Source: Gracilinanus agilis
Lineage: Eukaryota
Assembly: GCF_016433145.1 (NCBI RefSeq)
Contig: NC_058133.1
Span: forward strand, 348,421,388 to 348,485,387
DNA: 64,000 nt
Direction of reading: 5' to 3'
Each line of letters begins with the position of its first letter. Position 1 is the first letter of the stretch. Position numbers and translations under genes: made by a program. Shown here piece after piece: positions 25,581 to 41,900 of this stretch. The notes beneath the pieces are model-generated. The model was not told where the DNA came from, searched no databases, and was given only the letters and a program-made list of their open reading frames with translations.

Positions 25581-28500
25581 NNNNNNNNNNNNNNNNNNNN
25601 NNNNNNNNNNNNNNNNNNNNNNNNNNNNNNNNNNNNNNNNNNNNNNNNNNNNNNNNNNNNNNNNNNNNNNNNNNNNNNNNNNNNNNNNNNNNNNNNNNNN
25701 NNNNNNNNNNNNNNNNNNNNNNNNNNNNNNNNNNNNNNNNNNNNNNNNNNNNNNNNNNNNNNNNNNNNNNNNNNNNNNNNNNNNNNNNNNNNNNNNNNNN
25801 NNNNNNNNNNNNNNNNNNNNNNNNNNNNNNNNNNNNNNNNNNNNNNNNNNNNNNNNNNNNNNNNNNNNNNNNNNNNNNNNNNNNNNNNNNNNNNNNNNNN
25901 NNNNNNNNNNNNNNNNNNNNNNNNNNNNNNNNNNNNNNNNATATATACCACTGTATATGTATTATAAAGCAGGCACAAAATTGAAACAAAAGGATAAAGA
26001 TTAAATAAATATTTTTAAAATGCTTACTTATAAATGGTGCAAAAAATCTTTTTGTTCTCATTAAAAATAATTAAGTCAGTCAATAAACATCTGCCAAGCA
26101 ACTACCATTTGCCAGGACACTTTGTTAAGTCTTAGAAATAAAAAAAAAATGCAAAAGATAGTACCTGCCTTTTAGGTGTTCCCATTCCCATAAAAAACTT
26201 GGAGAATATATTGGGCTCATACATAAAACATTATGCTAGTAAATTATTTATATACTTTGATTAATGTAGCTATCCAACTGAATTTTCTTTTTTAAAAAGA
26301 TGCTTTTCTTTTCTTTTCTTTTTTTTTTTTTTACTGAAATGCAAAGCAACAGGAGTTTTTGTTTGATTTCAGTCAATAAGGAGCCACCAGAGTCTATTGA
26401 TCTGGTGCATAGGAATTAGTATGGGAGGGAGAGCTAGGTTTTCCCAACAACACCTGTGGCAGATACTATAGTGGGTTTTCAGATTGTGGTTCAGCCCATA
26501 ACTACACTGAGGGGAGGATTTCCAGTTCAGAATATAAGGAAGGGTCAGAGTAAGAAAATGATAGATCCTAATAGGAGAGTTTTGGTTGATGACAATCCAC
26601 CTGATTGGTTATAGCAGGAAGTTAGAAGCAACTCATTTTTCCATCGGAGGATTTCAAAATCTAGAGCTTTCACTCTGGAGATCATTGATCAAAATCAGAG
26701 GTACTAAAATACATGGCCTATGGCCTGTACCAACAATACTACCAAGTGTAGCCTGAATAAGATTAGCAAGTAATTGAGAATTATTTGACAAAATAAATAA
26801 AAATATAAAAGAAAACAAATAATAATATGTGGTTTTCTAAGTTAATATGTAGCTATTAGAATATCTTTATATATAAATATGTATATATAAAAGTATTTAT
26901 ATAAATTTAGCAGTTGTTTTTATTGTTCTTTGGGTTGTTTTGAATCATGTCCAACTCTCTGTGCCTCTATTTGAGGTTTTCTTTGCAAAAATACTGGAGT
27001 GGTTTACCATTTCCTTGGCCATCTCATTTTACAGTGGAGGAGACTGAGGCAAACAGGGTTAAATGACTTGCTATGGGTTACACAGCTAGTAAGTGTCTGA
27101 AGCCAGAATTTAGCTCAGGTCTTCCTGACTCCTGGTCTGCCACTGCTCCATCTAGCTAGTTTAGTAGTATTTGTTACTATCTGAGTTTGACATCACTGAT
27201 CTAGGTGACTTGTTCAAAATGACAAGTTAATAAACTTATGCTATCTGAAGAAATATTCATGAAAATAATTTTGGATGTGGGGTAAAGATACAAAAAAATG
27301 AAGACACTTCCACACACAATAAAAACTATATTATAGCAACTTAAATAAGCAGGTTACCTCCTACTGCTTTAAATTCAACCTTAACTCCATTTACATGCAG
27401 AAATAGGGGATGGAGAAAGGAGATTAATGTCATCTAAGTTGATATTTATTTAGCATTTTATATTTGCAGAAAAATTTTGAATGATTTTTATTGAATTCTT
27501 TACATGAACTCAGAGGCAGAATTAATATAATTTTACATGTTTTTACAGATGAGTAAACCAAAGCATAAAAAAGTTAAGCAATTTCCTGAGTCCCAAGTTA
27601 ATGGCCAAACTTGATTAATATTCAAGTTCAGATGTGAAGATTGGAAATGTTTCTGTTTTTAAATATTTCATAATAGACATATGCCTACTATTATCCTAAA
27701 TATTTGAATAAAAGTTTTGTTTTTCTAGAATTTCCATGTAGGATTTGATTAGGAAACTGGAGGTTACTCAACTTATAAAAAAGTGGCAATAAATTTTAAA
27801 ATGGTTATTATAGTTGTGTTATGCTTAATATACTAAATAAAAAACAAAAGAAAATCTGTATTATATAGGTAGGATATATGGGCAAATATAATATGTGTGG
27901 TAGTCTATAAAAACAATGAGATGTTTTTGTTAAGAAAATAAGAACTGAACATTTGTGTTGCATCAATCCTTCCCCCCAAACATAAGATGAATGTTTAAAA
28001 GCTTGTATATAAACCAGACTTATTTCAATACTTTTGACGTATAAAATAATTATAATCTTAATAAGAGAGAAACACTATCATTTAAGAAAATATGGAAATC
28101 ATCTACACTTTTGAAGAACTATGTGACTTGAAGTAATGAAGGAGGAGCAAAGGAATGAAACAAGCACTTGGGAACTATGAACTCAGGGGCTATGAACATT
28201 TCATAAATTGTATAGGTCATGTGTGTGGAATAAAAGTAATGTATAGTATTCATCTCTATTGTAAAAATATGGTATAATCAAAAGAAGAAAAAATGAAAAG
28301 CTCTTCTGAGTCCTTTATTTCTCTTTAAATGGCCTTTTTGAGACTCTGCATCTTAGGTCAATTCTTTGCATCTAGTGCCACCATGAGGAAGATGGACTAG
28401 AGTAGACACAGGACATTACAAAAATTCCTTTTAAAATCTACCTAGAAAGGGTCCAAGATCAAACCTGTGACATATGAACTGAATCACAGATGGGTAAAAT

Positions 28501-31500
28501 TCTTAGGTCAATATCAAATTTAGGCAAAATTCTTGAGTTAATATTAAATTTATACTGGTTTCCTGAAAGTATAATAATTTGTGACCATGTAACAAATCAG
28601 TCAGATTGATTACAACTGGTTACAAACTATCCCTTCTTTTGATTTCCTAGTAAATGGAATAAGAATTTTGATATATAATGTTAAGCTTAAATGCCAGCTA
28701 TCCCTACAGCTAAGTACTTATCTCATTGAGCCTTATATGTTCACATCATAACTTAGGTTGTTACTGTGAATATGACAAGAATTTTTTGAAAGTTAAAAGT
28801 GCTTTCTGGTCTTACCTGATCATTCCACTTGAAGTCAGGACAGATGTTCAGTCTTACTCTGAGTACAGTACGTGTAATGGGCTGGATGGCTGCTTCCAGT
28901 GTAATGGAAGGAATTTGATGGACACACTGCTTGACCTTTAGTCCAATATTCACATGATGCAGCATGTGACCTAAGAGGAAAAGAGTAAGAGAATGAAAAG
29001 TGCATTTACCGGAAAAAAAACAACAATATAATCTGACCTGTGAATAGAATTTTAGAAAAGGCAGTTTTATTGCTTGTTTTCTAGTTTGCTATATAAAATG
29101 TCTGACATTCTCGACCTGGCATGTTCCAGTATTGTATTTTGAAACAGCTAACTTGTATTATTAGCAAGGCTCAACTCTGTAAATAGGTATTGTTATGTTC
29201 AAACTCTGAGTCTCACCTTGATTGACAAGGGAGACAGTTGGAAGACATCTGAATGTTCTCAGATGCCCTGAGGACAGGAGCAAAGGCAGTTGGCCTGAGG
29301 ATATAAATACTCTAACAGTCATCTGGGAGGGGTCTTTGGTCCTGGAGGCTGGGGGACTTTGGGTCTTTGAGCTTTGACCATTGATCCTCTCTGAATCTCC
29401 CTAGATATTTAGGCATTTGAGTCATCATTAGCTATTAGTTTATCTGGGTCTGGGAGGTGAAGGGAGGAAGGGAGGTATAAGAAGAAGAGGGTGGATTTCC
29501 TAAGGAATTTCTTCCTAAAGGCTGTACAGGCTGACATCACAAATTGATACCAAGAAAGCTGAGAGAGGTCATCGAGATCTGTACCAACTGAGCAGATTGC
29601 CCTCTGGTTTGGCAGCCACTTTGATTAAATAAAGGAGTTATACGGTCAGACCTGGGTTAAGGAAAATTACTTTTTGTAATAGTGTGTAGTAGTGAACATC
29701 CTTAGGAGACATTGGGAGACCAATTAAAGTGACTATAGTGATGATTTTGGCAAGAAGTAATGAGGGCCTGAGTTTTCAGATGAAGAAAACAAAACTTATC
29801 AATAATCATATGAAAAAGTGTTCTAAATCCCTTCTAATTAGAGAAATGCAAACCTAAACAACTCTGAGGTACCACCTAACTGATTGGCCAATATAAAAAT
29901 AAAGGAAAATAATAAATATTGGAGGGGATATGGCAAAATTGGGATATTAATGCATTGCTGGTGGAGTTGTGAATTGATCCAACCATTCTGGAAGACCATT
30001 TGGAATTATGCCCAAAGGGCTTTAAAAGAATGCCTGCCCTTTGAACCAGCAATCCTAGGCTTGTACCTCAAAGATATTATAATGAAAAATGTTTGTACAA
30101 AAATATTCATAGCCATGTTTTTAGTGGTGGCAAAAAACTGGAAAATGAGGGGGTGTCCCTCTATTGGGTAATGGCTAAACAAATTATGGTATATGATGGT
30201 AATGGAATACTACTGTGTGATAAGAAATGATAAACTGCTTGATTTCCTTACGAGCTAGAAAGACCTGATGTGGAGTGAAATGAGCAGAACCAGGAGAACA
30301 TTGTACACAGAGACTGAAAAATTGTGGGATGATCATATGCAATCAACTTTGCTACTGATAGCAATGCAATGATCCAGGACAATCCCAAGGGACTTATGAG
30401 AAAGAATGCTATCCACATTGAGAGAAAGAACTGTGGGAGTAGAAATGCAGAAGGAAAACAACATTTCATTTTTTACTTGTTTATATGGGTACTGGATGTG
30501 GAGTTCTGGTTTTTAAAAGAGTATTACAAAAAATGAATAATATGGAAATAGGTATTGAGTGATAATACAAGTATAACCCAGTGGAATTGCCTGTCATATC
30601 TGGGAGGGGTGAGAAAAAGAGGGAGGGAAAGAACATGAATCATGTAACCATGGAAAAATACTTAAATAAAAAGAAGTAGTAATAATGAGGGTCTGAATAA
30701 GAGTACACTAATGTTATAAACCTGAAGAATGGTGGTGCCTTTGATAAGAATATGGAAATTTGGAAAGGGAAAGAATCAAGATGATTACTTCTGTTGGGAG
30801 ATATTGAATAAAAGATGTCTCTGAGACATTGAACTTAAAATATTCAAAAGGCAATTGATAATGTAAGATAAAAGCTCAGGAGAGGGATTGGAATTGGATA
30901 TATAGATATGGGGATCATCAGGCTAGAAATACTTTAAAGTTCTCTACTTCATTCAATATCTATTTTCCCATCCCATAGGATTATACTTAGTTTTTCTGGG
31001 TAAGTTATTCTTGGATGTGAGCTTAGATCTTTTGCTTCTGGAATATCATATTACAAGCTTTCCGCTCCTTGACAGTGGAGGGTGTGATGCTGATTGTGAC
31101 TCCCTGGAACTTGAATTGTTATTTTCTGGCTGCTTGAAGTATTTTTCTTTGTTTTGACTGGGAACTCCTTGACCTGGATTTTGGCTATACTACTTCTGTT
31201 TTCATTTTGGGGTTTCCTTGAGGATAAATGATAAATGAATTCTTTCAATTTTTATGTTATCCTCTGGTTCTAAAATATCTGGTAAGTATTCCTTTTTGAT
31301 GCTTGAAATGTGATATTTAAGCTTTTTTTTGGTCATGATGTTGGTGCTCTTTAATTTAATTTAATTTAATTTAATTTTCAGTCTGTTTTATAGGTTATTT
31401 TTGCTCAGACCTTATATTTTCTTCTATTTTTTCCCTCCAGACTTTGGACTTTGTTTTAATATTTCTTGTAAAGACTGAAAAGGAGTGGTTTCAAGGGACC

Positions 31501-34500
31501 AGGTAAAGGAATTGGCTTTAGCAATGAAGGACCACCTCATGTACAGAGACTAGGGGAAAGGAGTGGAGATTGATGTCAAGGGGTTTTGAGATTAAGACCA
31601 AGGGAAAAGATGGAGCTCATGTTGAATGGTTTTATATCAGTTAAACAGGAGATAAACATAAGGTCCTCCTGAGAGGTAAGTGCTAGAGAGGGTGCTAGAG
31701 GTGTAGGAAGTTTGAGAAAAAGAATAGAAGGTCTAGAAAAAACCTTTTCTGAGGTTTAAGAGAAGGAATTGGTTAGGGAAGAATAAAAGGACTGCTTTAA
31801 TATTCCTAAATTCTAATGGCTAAAAAAAATCATTGCCCTTTAGTGATTACTCTCTTTGAACTCAGTTGTACATAATCACTTCTTGTGCTCATATCTGAAG
31901 GCTTTCCCTTTGTTAAGCTTGTCAGAGCCTGTGTCCTCCTGATAATCTTTGAAAACTCAGAATCCTTTATACCACAATGAGACATCAAAATAGGACTTTA
32001 GTGAAGGGTAACAGTGTCTTAAATTTGTATAGCTTTTTAACATATATTACATTTGATCCTCATACTAATCTAATCTATGAGGTATGCTATATAAGTCCTA
32101 ATCCTTGTATTTTATTAAAAAAAAAAAAAAGAACTGAGGTTCAGAAAAATTAAGTGGTCTTCCAAAAGTGAAAATAAAAAAAGCTTTAATATAGTCGAAT
32201 CATGACACAAAATCAGATTTTCCAAATTAAAGTCTAGTGATCTTTTTCCTATACTTTGTTGTTAGTACAAAGGTAAAGTATCAGTTTCTACAAAAGGACA
32301 CTAGATTTCACAATCAAAATGATAAGTTTATATGAAAAACAATGTTATTTTTTAAATAGACAAAAGATTTTATTTTCAAACCCTAATGTTTTAAAAACAA
32401 CTTCCATTCTTTCTTACCTATTTCATCTTTCCTCATGTCTTTCAGCTTATCTACAGTGAGTTTCTTTTCTTCTAATTTTGTAAGGACAGATGGTGGTAAC
32501 ACTGAGAACTGTCTCAAAGGGCTAGCCCAACCCCACAATCGCTTGTCAATGACTTTGCTGAGGTTCAGAAGCCGGTAAGTCATGGCAGGCCACCGTTTTC
32601 TGAGAGCAACTTCAAAAAGAGCACGCACAATTCTAGCTGCATTCTGTAGAATAAAAGAAGAGGAGATAGAAAGGGAAGAAAAGATAATATGTTAAAAGTT
32701 TCTTTGTAAATGTCAATTAGTTAACAAACATTTTTAAAATGCTTACTACATGCTAGGCACTGTGGTGGGGATAGAAGGAAAAGGAAAATTGTTCCTACCC
32801 TTATGGAGCTCAAATTCTAAGAGGAGTGTAAGGGAAGAGAGAACAACATGTTAATAATGGATGGTCATTAAGGTATATATACGAAATCTGCACAGAGTAA
32901 TAAGAAATCAGGTATAGTAGAAAAAGTATTAAATGTATTATTCAAATATAATTTCAAAAAATTTTCAAGAAAATGAGATTGGGTTAACTTTTAAGAATAC
33001 TTTTAGGCATCTAATTTTTCCTTTAAAGTCCAATGCAAGATTTTCTTAATGAAACTGCTCTTTTTTGTAAGAAATTAGAATAAAAAGAATTTGTTGCAAC
33101 AAATGAGAAACATATTTAAGCCAGTATTTGGAAGAAAAATATAATACCCTTGTGCTAAACAGTATACATTGTTAAGTTCTAAGCTAAAGGTGATTGTCTT
33201 CAAACCACATAGGGAAGGAGAAAGGAGATCTGGAGAAGGTTGTATTCCTGGGTGGGGTAAACTTCAAAGGTAGCAAGTCAGGTTGTTGAGGACAGGTAGT
33301 GAGTGAAGCAAGATTCTGAAATTAGCAGCTGAATGTGTTAATAATTTCTACTATTCTGATTGAAAGAGCATCTAGCAGTAGAGGATGGCAATGTATTTTT
33401 GCAGCAGCCAAAAAGACTGATGTTATCTTGAGCTATTATTCTAGGAGCTGAGGGCTCCACTGTTTCACCTTCATCAGACCTCTTTTGGGATATCACATTC
33501 AGTTTTTGGCACCACAGTTTTAAAAAGGACATTGATAAGCTGGATGGTGCACAGAGAAGAGCAATCAAGGTGAAGGGCCTTAAGTTTATGTCAAATGAGG
33601 ATTGGTTGAAAGAAATGGGAATGATTAGGCTGTAGAAAAGAAGATTGGTGTTGGAGTGGGGCAGAGGGAGGTATGAAAAGAAACAGCTATCCTTAAAGTA
33701 TTTAAAGAGCTTTTGAATATAAAAGAGGATTAATTTTTTTTTCTGTTTGATTCCAGAAGGTTCAATGGTTGGAACTTGCAAAGAGGAAAATATACACGAA
33801 ATGTCAGGAAAAACTCTCTACAATGAGAGCTGTTGAGAATGAGAACAGGTTGTCATGAGAGGTAGTTCTTTGGAGATCTTCAAGCAAAGTTTAAAAGACC
33901 ACTTGCCAAGCAAGTTTCTGCCTTTCAGACTATGTGATTCTGGGAAAGTTCAGGTTTCAGTGTTGTTATAAGGAAGAGAGGATTTGAACATGTGAGATGG
34001 GTCAGTATGGATATGCAGATGCAGGAAAAGATTCTAGAATGTGGGAGTAAGGCTGTTAATTGAGGTTTGATAGTCTTTCTCTGGTTTAACCTGTAGGTAC
34101 TGGCTGCTTTTCCTTAGTGGCTGAGTCTACCCTGATTTCCCATCCTACCTGCTGCCTTGCCGTTATTTATTGAGTTTCCTAGTGATCCTGAACCATCTGG
34201 CATCTGGGTTCTTTTTGGCTCCAGGACCTCTCCCTGGGCCCTGTTAAGTTTGCCACAGACCACTACCTTTATTGCCATCAAAGGGGAGGGGGACGGTGTT
34301 TAGTGCAGGCTTATCTAGACTAGACTGGGATCTTCCAGGCAGTGGTTTGCCCATCACTGCCTTAAACAATTCCCTAATCACTGTAATGATCTGGCCTGGG
34401 GGGGAATAGTTTTCCCATCACTGTTCTAGATCATCATTTTATAAGTGAAATACAAGGAGAAAAAGGTGCTTCCTAGTTTTATATCCTATGTAAAACCCAA

Positions 34501-37500
34501 ACAAAAGGTAGGTTCTCTGTATGAAGTAAAGCCCATCAGATATTCATGAGAATGCTACTGTATACTAAATTCTAGAATGTTGAAAGGGCTTTTCAATGAG
34601 ATTCACAACCAGTCAGAAGAAGTTCTTCAACAAATATATACAGCAAAAATCAAGAGATGAAAAATGAATATCTACTATCAAGTCTCTTATATGTACTTGG
34701 ATGAATAGTGTATTGAATTTACCATCATTATATGGATATTAGATAAACATTATTGATAAATCATGAGCTGGGCCCAGAATCAAATAAGAGAAATAGTATG
34801 GACTTTGTGCAGGGAATCTTTTTAAAGCCACGAATGATGTTATAACTATGAAGTATAGAACATCATAATCTCTAAAAAGCAATGTAGAAAAGCATGATAG
34901 ATATATAAGTAGGACACAACCTATTACTGGCAATGATTTTTATGCAAAAAGTGGCATAGCAGGCAACAGACATGGAATGTAATGATCATAAAAGGAGGTG
35001 GGTGGGTCAGTTGTAATATAAGGCTGAAGTATAACAGAAAGGTCTACTTGGGTACTCTGAGTAATGCACAAGGAATTTCAAAATCCTAGAAGGCTTCTAG
35101 AGTCATACATAGTTCTTCATATAGGAGTTGTTGGAGTTCATAAATAAGAACCAAATATGATGAGAAGGTATGGGATTCTGAGTGGCAGTCTATACTGATA
35201 GAGAGGTACTGATATTGAGATCATTTATCTACTGAAATACTGAACAGACTTTTTGGTTCATATTTATATTTCAACAGTAATGTTGTTAGTCCTAGTTTTG
35301 AGAGGACCAGTGACATCGCAGTGTGATTTCTTTTTTTTTTTTTAATTTTATAGGCAATGGGGGTCAAGTGACTTACCCAAGGTCACACAGCTGAGAAGTG
35401 TCTGAGACCGGATTTGAACCTAGGACCTCTCATCTCTAGGCCTGACTCTCAATTCACTGAGCCACCCAGCTGCCCCCACGGCATGATTTCTTGACCTGCA
35501 CAAAGTTGTCAAGTCTCTATCTCTCTTTCAGTCATCAAATCTCAGAGGTAAGACAAAAGTTAGGATGAATGGTGATGGCCCAGGATGCAATGGATGACCT
35601 TGATGCCTTCAAAGCTGAATTCATGGTTATGAGAATAAATTATTTTCATCCATCCATTTCTCCAGAGGAAGCCTTCACATGCATGTGGTAGAAATCCACC
35701 TAACTCACTAATGGATTTGAGGCCTGTTAGCCTCAATCTGGTTTAACCCACTTACCAAGATAATTTTATAAAGGTAGGGCAGTTGTGCCTACAACAGCTT
35801 CTTGGAGCCATAGGTAACAGTTGGGTGAAAAGTAGATAGCAAAGGTTTGGCAAGCACTCACAACAGAGGTGCTAGTTCTCCTTGAACACTATGTATCATT
35901 TATTTCATATTTGTTATTTCAATAATATGAGTAACCCTGAAGAAATTTCCTATACCAATATGATCTGCAACTGCCATGTAACTTTTAGTTTTCAAAGATT
36001 AGAAACTAATTCCAAATGGTGACAGTTAGTACCATAAAGTACTTAACTTTATGGAGGACTACCATGTCTACAACATTATGCATTCTATGTCCTTTGGTGC
36101 TACTGCCAGTAGTATAATATTAGAACGAAGTAGACTACAGATTCACTAAAACAGTGACTCTCATTAACACATTGTAATTGTCAGATCAAAGCTAGGTATT
36201 CTCAGAGTCTCTTAATCAAATAAGACTTGTTAATACAATCAATATTGCTTTATATAAAATTCTGTAATAATAGTTATTTCCCAGACTTCTTAGCCAAACA
36301 ATCAACTTTCAAGATGAAAGTAACTATGGTCAAAAAATAAATATAAAATAATACTAATTTGAGAAAAATAATGAAAAAGAGGAAGTTAGAAATAAGGATT
36401 GTTGCCAAGTACACGAGTGCTTTTTAAGTGCATACTATTCTCTGATATCTCACTGGAGAACCACATGCCACCCAAATCAGTGAAAAATGGGATAAGTTAA
36501 AATTTCTCACCATACCTGTTTCCATTTTTTATATGTCATGAAATCATCACCTGGATATTATTTTTATTACATTATAGAATGTTTTCAATTAGTATACAAA
36601 TGCACCTACATAACATTTATAAACTTTTCATTCTTTTTATATTAAAAGTTATTTCAAATTATTGCTTAGTGTTCATTTTAATGTGTAATATAACTTTCCA
36701 TAGAAACATATCTTCCATAGATTACATCTTTATACAACAAAACCATATACTTCTTCCTACTTTCATCTCATAACATAATAAAATTAAATGAAAAAATCTG
36801 CATGTGTAGTTATGATTGTCTTCAGTTTCATTAAGTTAATTCATTAAGTTGTTACTAACCAATAAAATGTAATGGAAAAGGATGATCTTAACAGAGAAGA
36901 TAGAGTCTTAAAAGAAAGTTTGTTAAGTTGGAAAAGTTCATTTAAAGGAGTGAATCTTTGTTTTCTTTCATTTAAATGGAAAAGAGCACTGTAAAAAAAA
37001 TGATATATATTACCCTCATGAAAAGTAGACCCAAACTGAATTGAACAAAGACATCATTTTTTTAAAATGATTATAAACTCATTGAGGTTTATGTCTGAGG
37101 GAACACTTGCTGATTGGCCCCCAATATTCAAATCTACAAGGTCAATGTTTGTCAAGAGTTTGAATATAATCACATTTGAAATGTGTTTGTACATTGCATT
37201 TTTATCAAACTTATGTCATAAAGAGGAATGCATAAATTAAGTTACACATATACACGTCTATGGGAAAAGTGTCCAGCTTTCTAAGATATTTTGCAATCTA
37301 AAATCCTATCAGATCCTTGCATTCTGCAAATAAGTAAAACAAAATGATAATTACATTAGGTTGTTTTATTATTTTATTAAGTAAAAAGCATAGTCATTAG
37401 AAATATTTTAAACTAATAATTCCCACCTCTTGATTTCTGCTTAAACTTCTGAAAACAAAAAGGTTAATTTAAAGCACTTAAAAAAATAAGCTAAATGAAA

Positions 37501-38854
37501 TGTACCTTCTTCAGTTATTAACTTTCTTATAGTAGAGATCACAATACTCCTAATACTGAATAAGTTAATTAGGTAGGAAACATTGAGAATGAATGAAAAA
37601 GAAAAAAGAAAAAATGTCTTACCTGTGCAACATATGCAGAATCTGATATGAGGGAGAAACTATCCATTTCTCCTCGGCTTATATACGTTTGAAGAAGGAT
37701 ATTTATTTTTCCATAACTATTTTCTACACCTCCAGGAGCAGAGAGTTCACAGAAATTATTCAATAAAACATCTAACTCCTCTATTTCCTCTTCTCTGACC
37801 TATAGAGGAAAAACTATTTAAGTATAACCAAGGGCTGGTTTTTAAGAAAAATGTCACTCCAAATTTAAATCCACATTTATTCATTTTTAGGGGAGAAAAT
37901 GCCCATTTAGCTATAAATACATTAGGTTCCTATTTTAATACTAAATAAGACACCCTCCCACACACTATAGCTAATGTTATTTGAAATGGTCTTATTACTC
38001 ATAAAATTACATTATTATTCATCACCAATATTAAGGTTGCCATTGACATACAGAAATTTGATATGCCACAAAAATTGAATCTTCTGACCTCAACATTCTT
38101 CAACTGATGACATTTCATTTTTTAGTTGACCGGAGTAAAACCTCTGTAATCTAGATTGGGGCAATCTTGAATTAACATTGAATGCATGCATTCATTATAG
38201 TCATATATTTTTCACATTGCATAATACATTCATAGCTTAAGACTGAAGTACTATGATTTATGGCATTAGAGTTTTCACTGTTAATAAGATTAATAATACA
38301 AGTAAAGAAAAAAATATTTCTGAGGTTTGAATAACATAACATTTTACATTATCTTTTAATAACCTTGTTATTATAAAACAAAACATTCATTTGCATTCTT
38401 TGTGATTTCCTTATGATTTCTTTCAATGCAGAATCTATAAGGAGGAGATATTTGAATGTTAGTATAGGAACAACATATGATGTGACAAGGCATGATGTTA
38501 CAAGTCACATTGGAGTGATATAATTTTGGTAGATTGTAGCAATTTCCAAGATTCTGAAAATCAATGCTATTCAGCTCATATTTTCCTGGAATAAGAATTT
38601 TATAAACTGAAAGCTATGGAATTTTGTAAGATAGGATTTACATACTTACATATCATATACTCTACCTACAAATAATCTTACCTTAATTTGCTCAAATTCT
38701 TCAGCTTTAGATACTATAGCAAGGATATCGCCTTCTGTTTTATGAGCATCAAAGAGTTCATTGAAAGTCTACCAAAGCAAGTTAACTATTTAGTTATCAA
38801 AGTCATATACAGTAATTACAATTATTAAATATCAGTAAGAATTTTAGTAGACTG

Positions 38855-38907
<53 letters not shown>

Positions 38908-41900
38908 CCCTCCCACCCACCACGAGGTTAGAATGTGGAACACTTTATTCCCTAAATCACAATTCTGAAAATATCACCTGGTTTCTTTAAATAAGACCAA
39001 AATCCACTTCTAAAACATATTAACTAAGAGATCTCCAAAAGCACAAAAATTTATTTAAGTTTTCTAATAAAGCCACTCTAAGATCGCTAAGAATTTACAT
39101 CATGAAAATGAGGGTCCTGTTCTCCTTCGATATGTGCATATGTAAAAAACACTATTAGCCCAAAACTTGCCAACTTACATATCCCATTAAATTCAAAACA
39201 GAACAAATAGGAATATGTAGCTTGTCTAATATTGCCAAAAGTTCTGAAAATTTTACTAAGGATATATAGGAGAATTATAAGCAGATGAAAAAATATATAT
39301 GAGGAATAGGCAACGACAAGGGCAGAAATTAGAGGGGATCTGGAAGCAACATTAATAATACATTTTTACAACTGTGTAATAATAGTGATAATAATAAGTG
39401 ATAACAGCAATGCACTTAAAGGTTTGCATATCACACCTTCACACAATGATTTGAATGACACTATAGGTATTTTGTCCTCATGATATCGATGAAGATGCTG
39501 TGGCACAGAGAGGTCAAAAGAATGACTATACCTATAGAGCTGCTAAGTTTTACAGGAAGAATAAGAAGTTCCTAACTTCAAATGCTTTTGGTTATTTTTA
39601 CTATACCACACTGCCTTTCTATTATGATTTATGGTTTAAAAAGTACTCAAACATTTAATTCATTCTCATAAGTCCAATAGTCAATAGATGGGCAACATAA
39701 AGTAACTGAAAATGTTGGAAAGTGATTGAGTTGGTTGACAGAAATAGTGATTAAGCAATTAGCAGTCAGCTATAAACTATAGGGTAAGACTAATAAGAAA
39801 ATATAATATGATGGTATCATAAAAAGATGCAAGCACAACTCAAAGTTACCTACTGATTCCCAAAAGATTGAAAGAAAACTGGCAAATACATTAGGGTGTC
39901 CTCTGAAATATAGAACGCATAATGAAAATAGGCCCATCTAATTGTGATGCAAATGTACAGAGATATATTCATTGTGTTTGGCCTTTTGATTTGGCAATAA
40001 GCACTAGGACATTCCTGGGACCATCGAAGTGCCTAGTACTGGCCAGGGTGGCACATGTAAGTCTCTAATCAATTCATCAAATAATCAATAAGCATTTATT
40101 AAGAAACTACAATGCTTATTGGGAGTTGTGAACTGATTCTGAAGGGCATTTTGAAACTATGCCCAAAAGAATATATAAAAGCATAGATATCTTCTAATCC
40201 TGTAATATCAGTATTAGGTCTTTATAGCAGAGATCATAATAAAGGGGAAAGGACCTAGTTGTACAAAAAAATTTTTTTGGTGGCAAAGAATTGGAAATGG
40301 AGAAGATATCCATCAATTGAGGAATGGTTGAACAAACTATAGTATATGCTGGTGATGGAATATTATTGTGCTATAAGAAATGATAAAAAAGATTATTTAT
40401 GAAAAAGTTGGAGAAATCTACATGAACTGATGCAGAATAAAATAAACAGAACTGGGAGAACTTCTCAGAGTTTCCACCTGTGCAAAAGTCCCTTCACACC
40501 AATGGATATCAATAGAGTGGTGCAGTGAATAAAAAAAGTTGACCTTGAAGTCAGAGGAATTTGTATTAAGTTTTGTCTTAGCACAAAGGGGCTCTGTGTT
40601 CTACCATTTAGGGCTTCAGGCAACATTTCAAGCCTTAAAATTAAACAGCAGTGATCTCATTTGTCAGAATAAGTTTTCTCTTTGGGAGTTTCCTATAACA
40701 AAGTAATCATAGGCCTAGTACAAAAAAAAAAAATTTCTGAAGAATGTTTATTTCATTTTTTTTTTGTTAAAGAGGGAGAGTAGGAATAGGAAAAAGGCCA
40801 GGTTATTAATAAATGTATCACTAAAATTTATTTTATTATATTCAGAGTATTACCTCAATGGTGTTGTATTTGATATAGTAATGGCTGGCAGTCCTGCCCA
40901 AATCTGTTGAAGAAAAATATCCAGTCCGTTCTTCAAAACGAATCATGCGAGCTTTGTCTAGCTTTCGTCCAACTTCAATGACTAACTGTTCTCGATGTTT
41001 CTCTAATGTTGGATCCATCTATGAAGAACACAGAGAGCTGTTGGTGAAATGTCATTTTTATTGGACTCCTTTTTTTTAAACATTTAGGTAATTAAAATAT
41101 CTACCTAATTTTGTTACTGACATCTTAGTAAAGTAGGAGATACCATTCCTTACTATTATTTAAGAAATATAAGCTTTATAATAGTTATATGTATATAATC
41201 AATGAAATAAATTACAGCTGATATATAAAAAAGAACTGTTCGCTCAAAGAAATTGTTCATTTTTATATTATGACTATGCCTATAATAATCCTTTAAAATA
41301 TAAAATTAGAATTTGGCAAATTCCTGGTTGATCTGTGACACTGGACAGTTTTCAAATTCTTTGAATTTTGATATATTTAAACATGGTATCTTACACACAG
41401 TAACTTAGTGTTTGTCAAATTGAATAAAAAATAATTCACATTTTTTTCTCTAACATTTAACCAAGTAGAATTTTAAAAATTGTAACATTATTCATGTTTC
41501 ATTAGGAAAAATGATCGTTTGTGCTACCTTATAGTATCTAGACTATACAGTGATTAATCTAAGGCATAAGAAAATGATTTTAATAAGAAATGTCCTGAAG
41601 TATGACAATGAATTCTTTCATCATTTCCCCCAATTGCTAAAAGATACATTTAACTACAAAAACACTTTAAAGTTTGAGAAGCACTTAACAAACACTAACT
41701 CATTTGATCTTCTCAATAACTCTGTGAGGCAGGTGTGATAGTGCTATTTTATAGATGAAGAAATTAAGGCATTGGGAGGTTAAATATCTTACCTAGGATC
41801 ACAGAACTATTAGGCATCTGAGGCTAGATTTGAATTCAGATATTGCTGGCATCAGATTCTATGCTCTCTTCTAGGCCAATAATGATGAACCTTTTAGAGA

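Noticed and set aside
25472-26061. Long ORFs in the track around 25.5-26 kb
   Set aside because: Artefacts of (TA)n plus the N gap.
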